Source: Catajapyx aquilonaris (taxonomy: Eukaryota). Taken from it: a DNA stretch of 38,883 nt. Numbering within the stretch: position 1 is the first letter of the stretch; each line of letters begins with the position of its first letter. The position numbers were made by a program, and so were the translations under genes. Of the stretch, positions 35,971 through 38,883 are shown in pieces. The stretch spans positions 1 through 38,883 of the forward strand of contig KZ538960.1 of assembly GCA_000934665.2 (NCBI GenBank), written 5' to 3'. The notes beneath the pieces are model-generated. The model had not been told where the DNA came from and searched no databases. It was given only the letters and a program-made list of their open reading frames with translations.

Positions 35971-36281
35971 TACTAAGGGCAAGATAACTCATGCGTTTTG
36001 GGCGTGGCTTGTGTCCTTGGCAACCATAATTAGCCCCGCCCCTTGCTGAGTTTTTTTGTATGGAATTTAAGATGATTGGTGGGGAAATATTTTCTCCCTG
36101 CTTGGTTACCAATTCCGTAAGTGTAAACAAACTCATCTCATTCTTGAGGTTTTAGAACATAACGCCCATGTCCTTTGAAATCGAATCCTGATTGGTTGAC
36201 CGGTATAAGGGGTGGGGCTAATTATGGTTGCCAAGGTCACAAGCCACCTCCCCAAACGCATGAGTTATCTTGCCCCTAGTA
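35971..36281. mobile_element. MITE with long (~75 bp) TIRs and TA target duplication
   Basis: TACTAAGGGCAAGATAACTCATGCGTTT...GGCAACCATAATTAGCCCC matches the reverse complement of the right end; TA at 35969-35970 and 36282-36283. Confidence 0.85.
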
Positions 36282-37330
36282 TAGGGTGGATCAAGCCCTA
36301 TGGTGTGTCTAGTCTGAGATTGAAGTAAGTAATACATGTTGTAGGAAAGTAATGCAAACGTGTCAATTTAAAAAAAATGTTTTTAATTAATTTAACTGGA
36401 TCCAAAGAAGTATGGAGGGGCTGAAAATCCATTTCCCCAAACAATCTGGCCAGTTCTGTGGGCAGCATGTTTCAATACTCCTTGCAGCGCAGAATGTGTA
36501 CTTGACTAAGGCTCTCGAGCAAGTAACTCCCTATTAGAGTCAAGCTACATTAAGTAATTTGCTGCTCCATCATTAACTCAATGCCAGGACAGTGTGTGGG
36601 AGAGTGGGAATATTCTTTTGAAAGTAAGATAATAATTGTGTTAGGCATAGGGCTGTAGGCAAAAAATCTTGAACTGTATATTAACAAAAGTCTACATATT
36701 GATTAGTATACTTCGTATGCTCAAATTACAAGGCCTTTACATGACTTGAGGCGATTGAATCCAGCATAAAGAAAAATGTCAGGGGATACCTAGACAATGA
36801 CCCATACCCAGGGGTATTACACTTCCTTGAGATATTCATGGGGTCTCTTACCTTAAGTGATTTCAGAGAATGACAGCAAAATGATTCTAGAAATGAAAGG
36901 AGTTTTCTATGAAAATCTATTGCTTGAGAGAGGCAAGTTCCGTTTGTAACTTGCATATAGGTAAAATAGTCCAGACGTCACAAGTCCTTCACTAATTAAG
37001 TTCTTACATTTTGCTGATATTACTTGTTACCCATTGTGATGTTAGTCCTACTTGAAGGCTGAATCGATTTGTAGGCTAATGAATTAGTTTTGATCGATCC
37101 CAACCTCAGGCGCTCAAGGATAGTCCACCGACTTGATTATTTGGGTCAGTTCGCTGCAATTTGGCAATGCTGAATATGTAATTTCAGACTTTTTTCCCCC
37201 CTTCTTTGGCCAGTTGTAGACAAGGTCCTGAAACAGCGGCAGCCTTTTCAGATGTCCAGCGTAGAGATGACCGCTGAAAGAGAGTGACGTACCCAATCGA
37301 TGCAAAGAAACCCATGCTCCATTATTAATA

Positions 37331-38032
37331 CAGGGTCATCAAAAAAGAATGTCCCAATTTGAAAACCCTATATGACTCGGAAACATGTAGACATATCTGA
37401 ATAATTTAAGTTATGAAATGCTAAGAAACGTCTAAAGTTTTGTTCTCACCTTAGTTTGTTTCAATATGAGCTTCATGTGTCGCTAGGCAGATTTAAAAGG
37501 TGGTAATCAGTGTTGTGCCTAACCATATCAATCATATCTGGAGTTACCGTTGCAATCCTATCCCATTGGTGCTGGATATCTTGGGTCGTTACACCACACA
37601 CGTTGTTCTTGATGATTCACACATGAAACAAACCTGCCATAGGAAAGTTTCATTTGTTTAGCCTCCCAGTGTCCGAAGTCCTGTATGAGATGTTTTGCCA
37701 TGTCTAGCCCCTCCAGAAGCCCAGATATTACCCCGATGGACTCTTTTCTGGAGACACATGCATGGTGAAAAGATCTGGCCTCACCAGCACCTACGTGATA
37801 AGATTGCAACGGTAAAGCCAGACATGCCTGAGCTGGTTTGGTACGACACCGATATTAAAACGACCATATTAAAATTTTTCGAGGGACAAATGGAGCTCAT
37901 ATTGAAACAAATTTATGGTAAGGCAAAAACTAGACTCTTCTGAGCATGTCAAAGCATAAATCATTCAGCTATGTCTACAAGTTTTCGAGTTATAGAGTTT
38001 TCAAATTGGGACATTCTTTTTCAATGACGCTG
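37331..38032. mobile_element. Decayed, rearranged Tc1/mariner-family element with transposase remnants
   Basis: Termini CAGGGTCATC...AAAAGAATGTCCCAATTTGAAAAC inverted at both ends, TA at 37329-37330 and 38033-38034; frameshifted remnants SPDITPMD (37718-37741) and FRGTNGAHIE (37877-37906) resemble the WPPRSPDL..DF and C-terminal motifs of this family. Confidence 0.8.
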
Positions 38033-38883
38033 TACATATTTATTTTCAAACTATTCCTAGTGGAATTTCTTGAACCCTGTGCTTCTGAGACCATTTTTGA
38101 CAAACAATTTATGTAGATCCGTACGCATAGGGTGGTAGGAGTGCACACCTTTGGTGATTGTTAAATATTCCTCGCAACACTAGGTGAGCAATTTGTACAA
38201 CAGTTTGTTGTAACAAACTAGCACTTGACTACATACAATTTCTGTCTCTGTCTGAAGTTGTTGGCAAAACCCATTTTCCTTTTCGATTCCATCTGAAATG
38301 GCCCATTGTACCCCTGTGAATAAAAGAGGCTATGGTCGTACGCATCAAAAGGCAATTTGTGTACGCCATTTAGCATAACACGCATTTTATTCACTTGCTT
38401 TACACACTAGTAAAATACAGACCAAAACTACAATATCTAATGCAGTGAAATATTTTGCACCAGAAAGACTACAGGGTACATAATTATAATAAGCCACATT
38501 CACTGTAACGTAGGGCATGTGGGAAATCTACTGTACCAGCGTACAATTCTATTAAGCCATAAATTTTCTCAGCTTTACCAGAAGTAAAACATGGACATCT
38601 TGTATATTTAAGCAAATCAATCAGTTATCATGACTAATATACATGTTCTACTATGGATTTTACCAATAAGCTACCATCGATATGTTCCTTTGTTATTGTT
38701 TTCAAAGTATCCGGGTCCTTTTAGTTAAATCAAAATTTGCGACAAGTAAAAGGAATGAGATCACAATTATAATGACTAATTCAGGGTAAGTAAGTTTTCT
38801 AGAAATAAGGACTTATCTTCTGCCTGTAGGTTGTCTGTCTACTCTCACGTTATTGTTCCTTCACTTATGTATGGTAGTGAAGC

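Overview
Eukaryotic (invertebrate, probably arthropod) genomic DNA with short spliceosomal introns; I built the gene models by hand from splice sites and checked intron phase at every junction. There are four protein-coding loci. (1) A fidgetin-like 1 AAA ATPase (+, 1033-3348, 7 exons, ~583 aa). (2) A small basic gene I cannot assign to a family (-, 5575-4812, ~233 aa) combining an AT-hook, NLS-like motifs, an RS run, CDK-type sites and a lamin-type C-terminal CaaX box (CSLM). (3) Divergent from it, a ~2164-aa Ki-67-like gene (+, 9826-21485) with an N-terminal FHA domain, a PP1-binding-like segment, degenerate FKELF-like motifs and large S/T-P-K repeat arrays. (4) An epsin-related gene (CLINT1/lqfR; +, 23133-33430) whose sixth coding intron holds an intronless TELO2/Tel2 exon that splices in frame to the ENTH half, giving alternative EpsinR and EpsinR-Tel2 products as described for Drosophila lqfR. 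Non-coding DNA carries many small DNA transposons (PIF/Harbinger-type hairpins, pogo/Tigger-type, hAT, a two-right-end Tc1/mariner derivative), a probable truncated retroinsertion and microsatellites. No rRNA, tRNA or CRISPR features are supported. Family assignments rest on motif recognition from memory, not database searches.
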